Source: Entomortierella parvispora E1425 (Eukaryota; Fungi; Mortierellomycota). Taken from it: 64,000 nucleotides of DNA. Below are positions 25,365 through 36,899 of the stretch, piece by piece; positions within the stretch are counted from its first letter, which is position 1, and each line of letters opens with the position of its first letter. A model generated the notes under the pieces. The model had not been told where the DNA came from, ran no database searches, and saw only the letters and a program-made list of their open reading frames with translations. A program made the translations under genes and the position numbers. The stretch spans positions 1,054,001 to 1,118,000 of the forward strand of contig BQFW01000005.1 of NCBI GenBank assembly GCA_020891255.1. The letters run 5' to 3'.

Positions 25365-27317
25365 TCAGAATCTTTTCATTTGCTCCTGAATTCGCGCATC
25401 CATATAAACCAACGCTTTCCTCCTCGCCTCGAACCTCTTGAAAAACGAGTCCCAGCCTGCCCCTTCCATCCGAGGATTATCGCTCAGATCCAATCGCTTC
25501 AGCTTGCTGGTTCCCTTGTTCATCATGAGGATTGAATCCCGCCTGTTGCCCACGTTCACAGCCAGGACCATGGCCACAAAATCCAAGAGCTGATCACACG
25601 TGAGAAATACATTCTCGACCAATGAGAGCTCTTTCAGATTTCGGAAACACTGGCTCAGCGCGCTGAGATGGGCATCCTGCATGTCAACCGCCAGTGCGTT
25701 CCTTGTGAATCGCATCCTGTTCATATGGAGCACTTCCAGTCCCTTGACATTGCGTATCATATGGACAAAATTTTTCGCCGCCGCTTCCGTCTCCACATAA
25801 ACATTATCCAGAGACAAAAGTCGAAGGTCCGGAAAGATCATGGGCAAGTCGGGTTGTTGTAACATCAAGGGTGTGTCGACCAGTGTCAACTCTCGCAAAC
25901 TCGGACAGTTGAAGATGGCGTTCATCAACCGGAAGCTGTCTTCGTAACGGGGTAGAGTCTCGGCAGCAATCTTGAGTTCTAGCAGGGGCGATTGGATCAA
26001 GATGGCTGTTGCGAGCCTGACAAAGAGCTCAGTAATCTCTTGGATCAGCCCGCCCATCGCGTCCGGGTTGAAGAACTTTGGGGTATTGATGTCGAGATAG
26101 ATCTTGGAGGCGGAGGGACTGCTTTCCAAAGTCTTTGTCAGATGATGCATCGCATCCACATTTGATAGTCGGACTCTGTGTTCCGTCTTGCGCTGACAGA
26201 GCTGGCCATAGTCGGCTAAGGTAACTTGATGCCCATCCGCTAGACTCTGGTTTTGGGGGGCAAGCGAACTACAACCGTCGCATTGCCATATGGTTTCCCG
26301 GCTCCAATGGTCCACCACAGTAAGGCCAGAGGTAAGACCGTCATCCAAAAGAGGATTCTTCGCGTTTTTGAGGACTTCTCTCATTCCCAAGATCTCTGCT
26401 GGCCTGTTCAAGCAAATAGAGATGAATGGCCTCTCCTCGGTCAGGAGATGAATGTTGCTCATGTCTCCACCTTTGGTCTTCCAGAGCCCGTTCCAAGTTT
26501 CAGGACTCTTGTCAGAATTGCAGCTGTAATTTGTTGCTGTGACAAAGACATGATGGAGAACTGAGCTGGCGGCAAATAAAGATGACTCGTGTTGCAACAG
26601 GAACGAAGCAGGATCGGCAATCTCATAAGCCGTCGACGCAAGGATATGGGAGAATACGAGGGAATCCATGGGACGGAACTCGGCTTGGCAGACTGCCACA
26701 ATCCTCACTTGGCTCCGTCCAGTATAGGTGGGCATGAGACTCGGGATGATGATATACTCATAAGGGATCCAGTAATGTCTCTTGATATTAAGATATCGAG
26801 GTGGATTTCTTGGACTCGCTGGTGGACTCTGATTGCCAGAGACCGAGTACTGAGGTCGATCACCAAAGGATCCCAACATATCTCTCTGCATAGGGCTGTT
26901 CCCGGATCGATCTGAGGGTTGCTCATGAGATTTTGCGGCGTGCACTGGCACTGTCGGTGGTTGCGTGTCGAAACGTTGGTGCTGCTCCGGTCCACTTTGA
27001 GTGCCAGCCACCGAGTTGCCGAGGGCAGATTTCTCGCTCATTTTGGTGATAAGACATTGCTGCGTTAAGGCTGGCATGATCACGGCAAGTGCAGATTCGG
27101 GTCTGATCATGTCGGTTTTGGACTCGGAGAACGGATGACGATGATCGTTTGCGCCTGCAGGGAATGCTTTCTGGTGAGTTGCCCCAACCATGGGTTGTGC
27201 TTGGGGTGCTGAAACAGTAGCCATCATACCCCTAGGCTGGTTGGTACGTTGTATCAACTTCTCCTGGTGGCCTTCGCCCCTGCCAAAGTCTGGAAGTGGT
27301 GTCGCGTCAATAATCAT
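25365..27317 (-). CDS. RNI-like/LRR protein with low-complexity N-terminus
   Basis: 650-codon ORF; LRR-like segments (SLRELTLVDT, DLRLLSLDNV, NLKELSLVEN, KLKRLDLSDN); AYEIADPASFLLQH weakly matches the GYRIVKAPEFFQKH motif of 18610-21736. Confidence 0.7.
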   Translation of the reverse strand: MIIDATPLPDFGRGEGHQEKLIQRTNQPRGMMATVSAPQAQPMVGATHQKAFPAGANDHRHPFSESKTDMIRPESALAVIMPALTQQCLITKMSEKSALGNSVAGTQSGPEQHQRFDTQPPTVPVHAAKSHEQPSDRSGNSPMQRDMLGSFGDRPQYSVSGNQSPPASPRNPPRYLNIKRHYWIPYEYIIIPSLMPTYTGRSQVRIVAVCQAEFRPMDSLVFSHILASTAYEIADPASFLLQHESSLFAASSVLHHVFVTATNYSCNSDKSPETWNGLWKTKGGDMSNIHLLTEERPFISICLNRPAEILGMREVLKNAKNPLLDDGLTSGLTVVDHWSRETIWQCDGCSSLAPQNQSLADGHQVTLADYGQLCQRKTEHRVRLSNVDAMHHLTKTLESSPSASKIYLDINTPKFFNPDAMGGLIQEITELFVRLATAILIQSPLLELKIAAETLPRYEDSFRLMNAIFNCPSLRELTLVDTPLMLQQPDLPMIFPDLRLLSLDNVYVETEAAAKNFVHMIRNVKGLEVLHMNRMRFTRNALAVDMQDAHLSALSQCFRNLKELSLVENVFLTCDQLLDFVAMVLAVNVGNRRDSILMMNKGTSKLKRLDLSDNPRMEGAGWDSFFKRFEARRKALVYMDARIQEQMKRF

Positions 27318-27768
27318 CTTTCCATGTTGGTCCGAAAAAAAAAAACAAGAAGAGAAAACAGAAAAAAGTAAGCGTCCGTGTCACCATGTTGTTTTTTTTA
27401 TCTTCCCGCTGTCCCACATCAGTGGATTCAACTTACAGCTCAATCTGGCTATTTGGGGCTTGCAAGTGGTGCATTCCTCCCTGCGGCTGACCTTGACCCC
27501 TTGAGTGGTAGACTTTTGACTGGAGGACGACATTGCGTACGGTGGCGGAGGCGAAGAGTCCCTGGTGGCTGGCGAGAGTGATGGCAACAGCCTCCTCTCT
27601 TGACCCGGACTGGGACTAGTCCCGTTTGCCGAAGGTGGCTGGATGGAGGCAGCAGTAGTCTCTGATTGGGCAGCAAAGAAGGATGGGACCAACTTTCTCA
27701 ATCGACTGCTGTAGATCGCTCTGAATGCGGCCGATATTAAGTACTCTGCAACATGGTGCAACTCAATA

Positions 27769-29259
27769 TTGAAGCTCATGGCGAACAAGCGATGTCAGTT
27801 CTTGCGATTGACCGGTATCAGGAAATTTTTGGATCACATCACTGGTATTTCCCGAGAGCCATCCATGCAGCTCAAAAGTCTGGACCTCGACTGTGCCTTT
27901 CTCATGAGTCGACACCTTCTCAAGCTCAAGATCATCATGGATCTTTGTCCAGCTCTCAAAATGCTGACACTCAGGTCGTCCTATAGCGACCAGCTCGTGG
28001 GCACCATCCGAGCCTCTTTGCCAAAGCTCGAATACCTTCAACTGGTCGGTCAAGACTATACGATGATGTACTCGATCCAGCAGGACGAATATGTGGCCAC
28101 AATCACTGTCAAAACTTCGGCAACGCGTCTTCAATCATTGGATAGATTCATGTACCCCAATCTCAAGGTGCTTTCCTTTGATTGCCTGCACGATCTGCAG
28201 GATCCACTGCAGAGCTCTCTGAATCACCTGCTAAGGAACTGTCCCCGCCTCACAGCATTCGATGTGCGATTGCCACTCGAACATTTTTGTTCCCTGGTCC
28301 ACATGTTTCAAGAATTGTTTCGTTCCTTGGATCCTACCAACAGCGTGTCTGGTACGAAACGATGCTTGCGTATACGATCCCTTGCGACGGAGCATAGTGT
28401 CGAAATGGTGATCCCATGGGTAGGGCACACACTTGGCGCCAATACTGCTGTCGAGGTCAAGATGATGGGACCCAAGGCGAGCAACAGGCACCTTGAGCTA
28501 ATTTTCCGCGAATACGGGTCATTTATCAAAGTTCTGCTCGCGAACGATACATTGGACGATGGTTTGGTCGGGAGTCTACTTAAATCTGACCAAGGGAATG
28601 GATCAATAATAGAAAACTTGACGATTGATCCTTCTAGCCTGACGGATGCCCGCCTTGTGGAAGCGATTCTGCAGCGTTGCATGCCTCGAAAAGAGGTGGC
28701 ATTGGCGTTTTCATGTCTCGAAAAAGACGAGCATCTGACGCAGATGCACGACGTTCTCATGCACGTTGGACGCAAAACGACGCGACTGATCCTGCATGGC
28801 CGAGGAAAACCGTCCGAGTGGTTTATGAATATTACCGTGAGTCGGTCTGGGCTTTGGGATGTTCGCCATCTTGAGATTGCGTTTGAAGGTCGGGTGAGGA
28901 TGGATGAAAGGTCGATGAAGAGACTGCTAGCGCTGATCAGCACGCCTGGAACAGCGGGCACAACAGGCGCAGCCACCACATCGGATGGCCATAGACGGCA
29001 AACAACTTTGACGCGGTCGATACTCCCACTCCAGACTTTCCGGCTCACTGATTGCGAGCTCTTGACTGAGGATTGGAACACGGTCCTGACCACGATGGAT
29101 CTGAAAATGATGCAGCGGCTGAGTTTCGAGGGCACCAACTTTGGCACGGAGCAGTTTGATCTGTTAATTGAGCAGTTGAACAAGCTGTTGGAAAGATCGA
29201 AATCGGCAATGTCCTCTAGAGGTGGTTTGTATCAAGAAAACAGATCTCGCTGGTGCTGA
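27769..29259 (+). CDS. 5'-truncated paralog of the LRR protein at 18610-21736 (possible pseudogene)
   Basis: Collinear with the C-terminal half of the 970-aa ORF (LMANKRCQFLRLTG vs VMSNDRCQTLQVIG; HLELIFREYGSFIK vs HLGEFFQLYGSYVR); an in-frame TAG lies just upstream at about 27712. Confidence 0.65.
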   Translation: MKLMANKRCQFLRLTGIRKFLDHITGISREPSMQLKSLDLDCAFLMSRHLLKLKIIMDLCPALKMLTLRSSYSDQLVGTIRASLPKLEYLQLVGQDYTMMYSIQQDEYVATITVKTSATRLQSLDRFMYPNLKVLSFDCLHDLQDPLQSSLNHLLRNCPRLTAFDVRLPLEHFCSLVHMFQELFRSLDPTNSVSGTKRCLRIRSLATEHSVEMVIPWVGHTLGANTAVEVKMMGPKASNRHLELIFREYGSFIKVLLANDTLDDGLVGSLLKSDQGNGSIIENLTIDPSSLTDARLVEAILQRCMPRKEVALAFSCLEKDEHLTQMHDVLMHVGRKTTRLILHGRGKPSEWFMNITVSRSGLWDVRHLEIAFEGRVRMDERSMKRLLALISTPGTAGTTGAATTSDGHRRQTTLTRSILPLQTFRLTDCELLTEDWNTVLTTMDLKMMQRLSFEGTNFGTEQFDLLIEQLNKLLERSKSAMSSRGGLYQENRSRWC

Positions 29260-29719
29260 TAAAGATTTGTTGGACCGATTGGAGACCAAGTTGTTGGTAC
29301 ATGTGCCAGCCGTCAGGGTTGTCCGGTAATCTTTCGATTGAGTGATTAGATACTTTTGCTCGCTCTTCTTTTGTTGGTCGATAAATAAACATAAGCCCTT
29401 TCGCCATGAGGACTATTTCAAATGGAAAGATCGAAGGAGGAATCAAGAGAGAACTGAGGGGAAAGGAGTGGTTGCAAAACAACATTTCCTCACAGCAAAA
29501 AAAAAAAAAAAGTGATCGATCGACGCACCAAAAAAGGCAAGCAATGTGGGGGTAATGTCCGAATCGGGACATGGCTCGGTTGTGAGTTGGGATCGTCATA
29601 TGGCCAAGGAGTCCACACATGAAAGTAAGTTTTTATTCACAGGGGGACAGGGGACTACAGCTTTAGCTGAGATTCATGAACCTCGTCAACTGCATGCCGT
29701 ACTTTTCTCCTCTAGAGCT

Positions 29720-30200
29720 ACATTAGCTGACCTCATTCAACACTCCAGCCATCGATTGAAACCGCCGCATGAACTTTTCCCAGCCCATCTCACACCCATC
29801 TCTGGGTTGCTCAAGTTGAGTCTCCTCAATCGAATCTGTGCCTGTTTCCCTGAGGTGGACGAAGGAAGTTTGAAGAAAATTATTTCCCACATCACCAAGC
29901 CACGTCCGGACACACGGCCTATGTCGTATCTCCAGTCCTTTTCGCTGTCCGGCTGACACCTCGTAGCGTCCCAATGGAGAAAAGTCGTCGAAAACTTGGA
30001 TTTGTCGCATTTGTACCGCCTGGGGTTCGAACGTACCAATTTCGGATAGTAGCAAAATAAAGATCTTGCTGGACAGACTCCCAAAACTGCCTATTTGCTG
30101 CCAAGCCACGCAAGGTGCTGCAACTCCTCCCAGTCCATTCCGATTGGGAGAACTTGTATCCAGGATACACTTCTTTTTGCCATGTTGACAGAAGCAACGA
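29720..30200 (-). pseudogene. Relic of the C-terminus of an LRR gene resembling 25365-27317
   Basis: RLRRLNLSNPEM and GWEKFMRRFQ in different frames match KLKRLDLSDNPRM..GWDSFFKRFE. Confidence 0.4.
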
Positions 30201-30223
30201 GGCGTTTACGCAAAGGAGTGAAT

Positions 30224-31959
30224 TTATTCTAGTCTGGGAAAGATCTTTGGCCTGCCTGTCGTTGCCGTACTATCTTTGATCATGGAGATTCCAAAAAAAG
30301 ACCTCTGTTCCATCCCATGCTTTTCAAACAATTGACAAAGATTGGGTTTGGACTGAAAATGAGGACTTGGGGACCACAGGTGGATTATCGCAAGCTTGGG
30401 CCAATGGTCCATCATCCACTGCGCCTCTTCCAGGTCCAAATCCTGCCCCGTTTCACAGTCCATATTCAGTTCTGCCAACCGTCGCAAGGTTTTCAGTCGA
30501 TCCAATACATAGTCCATTCGCATTTTCATGTACTCGATTCGTTCATACTCCTCAGTCGTTTTCATATCTTCAAATATCAGGGCACGGAGCTGTGTCAAAG
30601 TCGCCAGCCGATCAAGAAAAATCAAAGATCCAGTTGCCGGTTCCAGTTGCTGATCCAAGAGCGATGGGGCTGCTGAAAGAGTTGGCGAATCTGTATCCTC
30701 TGCTGTCAATGTTTCTGCCATATTTCCTGCCGTCTCTCCTGCTGTCTCTCCTGCGATAGATATGGACATTTTCCTGACAGACACTAGTACAAATGCAAGA
30801 GTAAATGCCTCAATTTTTCTGCAAGCCCATGGCCGGGGATCCAGTGGTACATCCTGAACCGACAGTACGGGCGCTCTCAAGACTTTCAGCTCAGGCATCT
30901 CGCACATAAACCGTTGTACCATCGATCCCTCTACTCCTGGGCAATCAAAAAGCGACAGAGTCTCCAGTCTCTTCTTGTGCTTCCCTGCCCCCGCGTCCAA
31001 CAATGCCACTGACGACAGGAGCCCAAACTCCATCTCGTACAAAAAGAGATGTTTCAGAGGGTTCGCTGCTTCCAGTATTTGCGCCAGTTCAGAATCCTTC
31101 AAGCCAAGTCTGAAGTCCAGTTTTTCCAGAAATTGCCAGTAACCAGGCTGCAGCCCCTTTGTCAACATAAGGGGGCACTCTGATAAAGTAGTCGATGAAT
31201 TCCATTGGAGCGAGCGGAGCTGTTGACAGTCCTCCAAGAGCCGGTACGTATCTTCTGCGGACTCGCACCTATGCAAAGTGAGGTGCTGGATGTTGCAGCC
31301 CGCCAGCGGGTGCAGACCTTCCGACTCATGTTCGAGGACACTGGGCAGATGGCCGTCCTTTTTAAAATACACATAAGCGAGCCTGAGGCTAGTTGCATCA
31401 AAACCTCTTTCGACTCCAGGTCCATGTGGTCCATCATCATATGTCCATTAGCTAAATCCAGATTCTTAAGCTGACCCTTGATTCCTTTGCAGCCCCCTAG
31501 AATGTCCCAGACGGAGTAGTTGCGGGTTATCACGCCTCCCGATCCCTGGTAAGCCGAAACACGTAGCGACATGAGACTCTGGCTGTTTGTTTGAGTGAAG
31601 TCTCTGGCGATTATTGCGGGATCGTCATGGCCAGGCTCAGCTTTGGCGAGTTCGAGAACGTGCCGCTGTAGGTGAAGGAAGCGGGGGGTGTCCAGCTAGA
31701 TCAAGCGTGTGTATAGCGGTATAATGGTGAATGCGAGGGACTTGATCCTTCCAGCGTGTTGTTAAAGTTGATTGTAAGTGCTTCCGTTGCAGTGCAGAGC
31801 CCCGTAGTCGTTGTCCTGCAGTTCAATCTCTTGCCACAGGCTCGGAGGGAACTCTTCATGCCAGGAATGGGAGACCTGGATGCGTGCCAGAAGGCTTGTT
31901 TTTGACAGAAGACTGGCAATGATGGACATGATCTCGGGGAGGAGATCAGGAGGAGCCAT
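30224..31959 (-). pseudogene. F-box/RNI-like pseudogene, paralog of 40726-42441
   Basis: F-box start LLPEIMSIIASLL..QVSHSW; homology to the intact copy switches frame at least twice and crosses an in-frame TAG near 31697. Confidence 0.8.
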
Positions 31960-32223
31960 GGCTGAGTGGATGCGTGGACTTACAAAGAGATTGATGTGTG
32001 GATGCAGTTTTTTTTCTTCATGGATGCAGGCACATGCTGGCCAAAGAGGATCGAGTGCGATGCGCCCCTTAATCGCTGATCCCTCGCCCTTTGCTTTGCG
32101 ACCACCGCCTTTGTTTGCTCTCGCCTCTCTCTTTTTGTGCCTCTCTTTCTCTCTCTTTCTCTCTCCATTTCTTCTACTTGCTCCATCGCCTCACTTCCCT
32201 GTTGAATTGCACCTACTTGCAAC

Positions 32224-32940
32224 ATGTCGACATCACAGGAAAAGCCCACCATTTTTATTGTCGGCGCGGGTATTGGAGGACTACTGCTTGGAGCGCTCTT
32301 GGAACGCATTGGCATCAGCTATCTTATCTTTGAGAGGACAGCAGAGATCAAAGCACTGGTCCGTTGTTGCTTTGATATTCTTATTTGCTGTCGAAAAGTG
32401 GATGGCCACTATGACCACTGAACTTATGCACATTGGTTGTCCCTCCCTCTTCCCTAGGGTCTGTCATGAATCTGGGACCAACCATCTTGCCTGCTCTGGA
32501 GCAGATGGGCTTAATCGACGAGCTGGAAAGGATCTCAAAGAAAAGTCTCTCTCTGGAACTCTACACGGATCAGTTGAAGCATATCGGCACCATTGGCATG
32601 AAGGGCTCTAAAGAGATGTAATGAGGTGGATCTGGATGACTTAGTCTTGCAGGATACATTCTTTTGGTTGGCGTCATAATACCCACAACCTTGAACCAGT
32701 ATCCAGACATCAAGGACGAACATGCTGTTTTCGTCACTCATGGCCGGAAATGGACTAAGTGTAAGAAAGTGGTATTCGCCGCTTTTCGTTTGCCCCACCC
32801 ATGCACATATCAAAAAAAGACACCTGTCAGGTGGTCGATCGTGTTCAACGAGCCTTATTTCGCTGCTCCCCATGACGCGGCTGTGTGGAGTGACCTTACG
32901 TCCAACCACGACTTCTTAAATCCTTTGTGGCCTTTTTTTT
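32224..32940 (+). pseudogene. FAD-dependent monooxygenase pseudogene (internal deletion, 3'-truncated)
   Basis: IFIVGAGIGGLLLG exon and a second exon are intact; the DG-motif exon is missing and the sequence jumps to LVGVIIPTTLNQYPDIKDE; no GD motif follows. Confidence 0.75.
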
Positions 32941-32959
32941 TTTTTTAGCGGATCGCGTT

Positions 32960-35250
32960 GCTGACGCGTGTTGCGGGAAGTGTGTCAGTGTCAGTGGATC
33001 ATACTTTGATGCAATCATATTCACCTCCCATTCCTCCATGGACACTCAACTACCAACGGCATCCTTGGTGCTTTGTTATTCCCTTTGTCCCGTTCCCAGC
33101 TGTGTCACCGTGGGCAAAGAGAAAAGGCAGGGCCAGACGACTTGTGAGCATGGCGAAGCACACGACAATTTTTCTTGCGACTCGATCTGTACCGCTTGCA
33201 ATCTGGTCTTCATCTTCATTCCATCCATTCACCATTTGCCATTTGCCATTTGCCATTTGCCATCTGCCATTAGTCATTGATCACTGGTCATTTGCTGCTT
33301 TTGTTCCCTCGAACTCCAATCTCTTCTTCCTTGCTACCTGGACCTTTGTCTCCTTCCACCGGTAGGGAAACTGGCTTCAAAACATAGAATGGTACTTTTA
33401 TTGCTTCCTGTAGAAACTGACCTTGTTTCCCCTTTGCGCAACAGAGAAGTTGACTATCATTGATCCCCCCCGCACTCTTGCTGCACCACTGTCTTCAGTA
33501 CGCTCACTTCTTGCCCGCGAGGGCTCTGCCGCGTCAGCCGCCTGGTTCCCCACCTTCAGATTCTGATCTTCCAATCGAACTCTTCCTCCAGCCATAGGTG
33601 ATCATCTTTAATTTCGGTCGTCCGCTTCAAACGTGGGAAACTCCGCAATTTCTATTATCCAAGTTTGCGTAAGTAACTCGTTTCTATAGACATGACCACC
33701 ATGAACTTCGTCCTACCACAGGTTCTAACGATAGCCGATTGCTCTTTTTGGTTCTCTTTGTTATTAGCCTGCCTCTCTCTGTCTCAGCTCGCTGCCTTGG
33801 AATAAAAAGGGAGATCGTCGGAACTCCAAGGTGAGGATGGAGTGTCGTTCAGCAAAGATGCGTTGTGACTGGACCTTAACGATTCTTATACTTGCCTCTC
33901 ATCTCTATCAAGATTTAGGAAATGTCAAAGTCACCTCAAAAGTCCCACGCAAAGGATGGCAGCGCATCTGGTGCAAAAGGTAAAAGCAGAATAGCGGCTG
34001 CCATCTTCGGTATGAGCAAGATGTCGTTCTCTGTGGCTGTCTCAAAAGCAGGAAAGGGTTCAAAATCGGCCCCAACAACCGCCCCAATCGTATCAAAGGC
34101 AATTCGCAATTCAACTCCAGTCTCAGTGGCTGCTTCCACGCCTGCGCCAAGTCCCTCACCGGATGCCCCATTCAATTCGAAATCGTCCACCGTTGCAGTC
34201 CCAAACACGATGACTGCAGTGCTGGACATATTTTCCATGGATACCACCAAGATCAAGCTGGTCATCCCTTTGCCAAAGGTTGGAGAAGACATCGAGTCAA
34301 CAACACAACTCGTTGCTTGTGCCGAGCTACTGGCATCGAGTTTAGCCGTTACATCGGATTCAGAGTCGGCCAACAAACTCGTCAACACAGATTCCCCCAC
34401 GCCTTCTCAAATTGAATGGAAACAGGAGATGGACGAACGGCCATTAGAGAAAGAAAACATCCATCAGTTGATGAGCCAGATGGTCGAACGGTTTATTGAC
34501 CTTCCCATCAAATAGTCGGATGCCATTCGCGAAATTGTCCTCCTCGGACCTGTCTTGGACAAGGAGCTTTACCGGGCCTTGCTCAATCAGTTTCTTTACG
34601 AGCTCGCGAACAAGGATATCCTCAGCGTCGATTTGCTTCAGGGGCTGGTCAAGCTGGTCGAACACGCGCCTCCATTCTATCTTCTCGCAGACCTTCCCAT
34701 CAAGATCCTGAGGGCCATCCGACATCATTTCAAGGATTCTTCTCAGCAGGAAACATCCACTATCATCCATTTGACAATCGCCATCTCCAAGGTGCTCGTG
34801 ATCATGGCTGATGGTGGAGCAGAGGATCTGAACCGCGCAGAGGAGCACGAACCGTTGCTCGAGATTCTGTCTAAACTAAAGAAGCACACGGATCCATTGA
34901 TGTGATACCAGGTCGAGTACGATTACAGGGCCCTGCAATTGATTCCCGGCACCCGACATTGCGACATAGGTTCACTCGCAGTGGACTTGACTTGATTGGA
35001 GGGCTGATGACAACCTCAGGTGTTATCTTATCCAGCTGGACTTTGGCGGTGTAGCGGAGGGTCTTCCTGAGGTGATCAAGAATGGGCGAGAGCTCACTGA
35101 AATCCTGAAGAAGCACTTTGGTCCTGATGAGCAGAATACATGGTTCATTGCCGTCCGAAGAGCCGAAGCTATGGTGAACGAGGGCCGACTTGTCGATTTC
35201 AACCGATTCATCTGCGAAACCGACTGTTGTCAGGATCCGTTTTTCCAGTG
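32960..35250 (+). repeat. ~2.3-kb segmental duplication, copy 1 (copy 2 at about 42674-44950)
   Basis: Near-identical sequence over the upstream region and 5' part of the NLR; identity ends abruptly after CAGGATCCGTTTTTCCAGTG (35250/44950). Confidence 0.95.
33922..35250 (+). pseudogene. Truncated NACHT-WD40 NLR pseudogene (Arm-like region only)
   Basis: Shared TAG at 34513-34515, extra TGA at 34903-34905, a 1-nt loss near 34950 and a 5-nt TTATC duplication near 35025 relative to copy 2. Confidence 0.9.
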
Positions 35251-35570
35251 TGGTGTCTACCTCGGAATGTGCTGTTTGACAACAAGAACCGGATCCAGTC
35301 CGAATTCCGCCGTGGCTTTCTCACTCAGTTGTGTGCAACGCTCAGCAACATGCAAGCAACGCTGGTGATCCTTGGAACAGCACTCGCATTACAGCATGCG
35401 GATCATGTGTACTCTGCCGTTGCTAAACAAACCAACAACTCCAAGTTCACCGACTTCCGTCGTTTATTGCAGTACTGGGGATGGAGAGGAGATAAGAAGA
35501 AGTGATGTTTATTCTAACGCTTGTAGGAGTGGATCGCGTGATGTCACCGTATTACTAGTATACTGTGCAT

Positions 35571-35861
35571 TCAAGCACCCCCATTGAAACAATTGCTTTC
35601 CTTTGTTGAACCGTCATTACAACAGTTTGCAAAGTTATCCGTCCATGACTGTACAACAGAGAAAGGACGGCTGTAAATGACGCATTTGTTACCATTTCCA
35701 TTCAAGCGTTCTTGGTTTGTGTCTGTGCAGCAGTTTACTGTTCTAAGGACAGTATTGCAGTAGCAATGTGCTTGACAGCCCAATTGTGTTTTACAGCCTC
35801 CGTTGATTGCTGCTGCCACGAAGCTGATATAAAACATAACAAGGGCAGTACTTTTGAACAT
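35571..35861 (-). CDS. Small secreted cysteine-rich protein (96 aa, 10 Cys)
   Basis: Signal peptide MFKSTALVMFYISFVAAA; Cys pattern C-C-C-C-CC-C-CC-C. Confidence 0.75.
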   Translation of the reverse strand: MFKSTALVMFYISFVAAAINGGCKTQLGCQAHCYCNTVLRTVNCCTDTNQERLNGNGNKCVIYSRPFSVVQSWTDNFANCCNDGSTKESNCFNGGA

Positions 35862-36365
35862 TATGGAGCGTGTGTGTGTGTGTGTGGGGGGGTTGGACAG
35901 GTCTTCTTGCGAGCGATTTTGAGAGTGTTCTTGATAAGGGCCTTGACGCTCTGGCGATGGATTTGCGAGGGAGATTTTCGTGTGGCAACTCTTGTGGCAG
36001 TGCTTGTGAGTGATGGTGTGCGTCTGAGTCTTCAGGTAGGATCTGATGTGCGTGTCTGACAGAGCAAATTAGATCAGTGATGAATAAACAATGTTACCCT
36101 TTAAGCATAGTGGCGGAGGTCCAGTTTGACTTACGGCGAGAGTTCTTGATAGAGGTCTGGGGCGTTCTTGCGGCTCTTGCGACGGTGGTCGTGACGGTGC
36201 TTAGAGTAGATGTTGCGAGAGTTGAAAGTGCAGTTGTAAGTATGGAGTTTTTTTGAAGGATAAGATGTGTGTCAAAGCAAAGATACAGGTAGTTTCGTCT
36301 TCTTTTTATACGTGAGTGGACCATGAATGAAAGGATTACACCACTCCTCTTGCAGGAATAAGAAG

Positions 36366-36505
36366 ATCAAGGGCACACTAAGAAACGAGGGATGCCAAAA
36401 AGTTCAAGAAAGGAGGGTCGTCAAAAGAATCAAGGGCACACTAAGAAACGAGGGATGCCAAAAAGTTCAAGAAAGGATGGTCGTCAAAAGAATCAAGGGC
36501 ACACA
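36366..36505. repeat. 63-bp tandem repeat, about 2.2 copies
   Basis: ATCAAGGGCACACTAAGAAACGAGGGATGCC... recurs at 36366, 36429 and partially at 36492. Confidence 0.9.
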
Positions 36506-36899
36506 GAGTTGATATAGTAAAGATCAAGAGCATGTTGAGGAGTTAAGGGATGGCGAATGTTCAAGGGCAGAAAGAAAGAAGGCCTACAGAAAAGATTGGG
36601 CTAGGTGAGAATAGGATGTGGGAAGACTAGGCTACTGGAAAAAAATTAAGGTCACTGAAGAATCAATGCATTAGAAAGAGGGAGGATTCAGAAAAAGATA
36701 GATTTAGGGCAAAGATTGGTGGAACCACCCGAGGGGTAACATCAAGGAGAGCGCAGATCCACCCGTCACCTGACGGTATTTCTGCGGTGTGTGGGGGAAT
36801 TACGGGGCTGGGTTTGCCTTGGTCCGACCTTGGCGACAAGGGCAACTTTTGAGGAGTTTCCACCTTCTTCGTTCGACATGGAGGGGGGGGTGTTTCTCT

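Noticed and set aside
28308-29183. 291-aa minus-strand ORF
   Set aside because: Antisense to the LRR paralog; no independent motifs.
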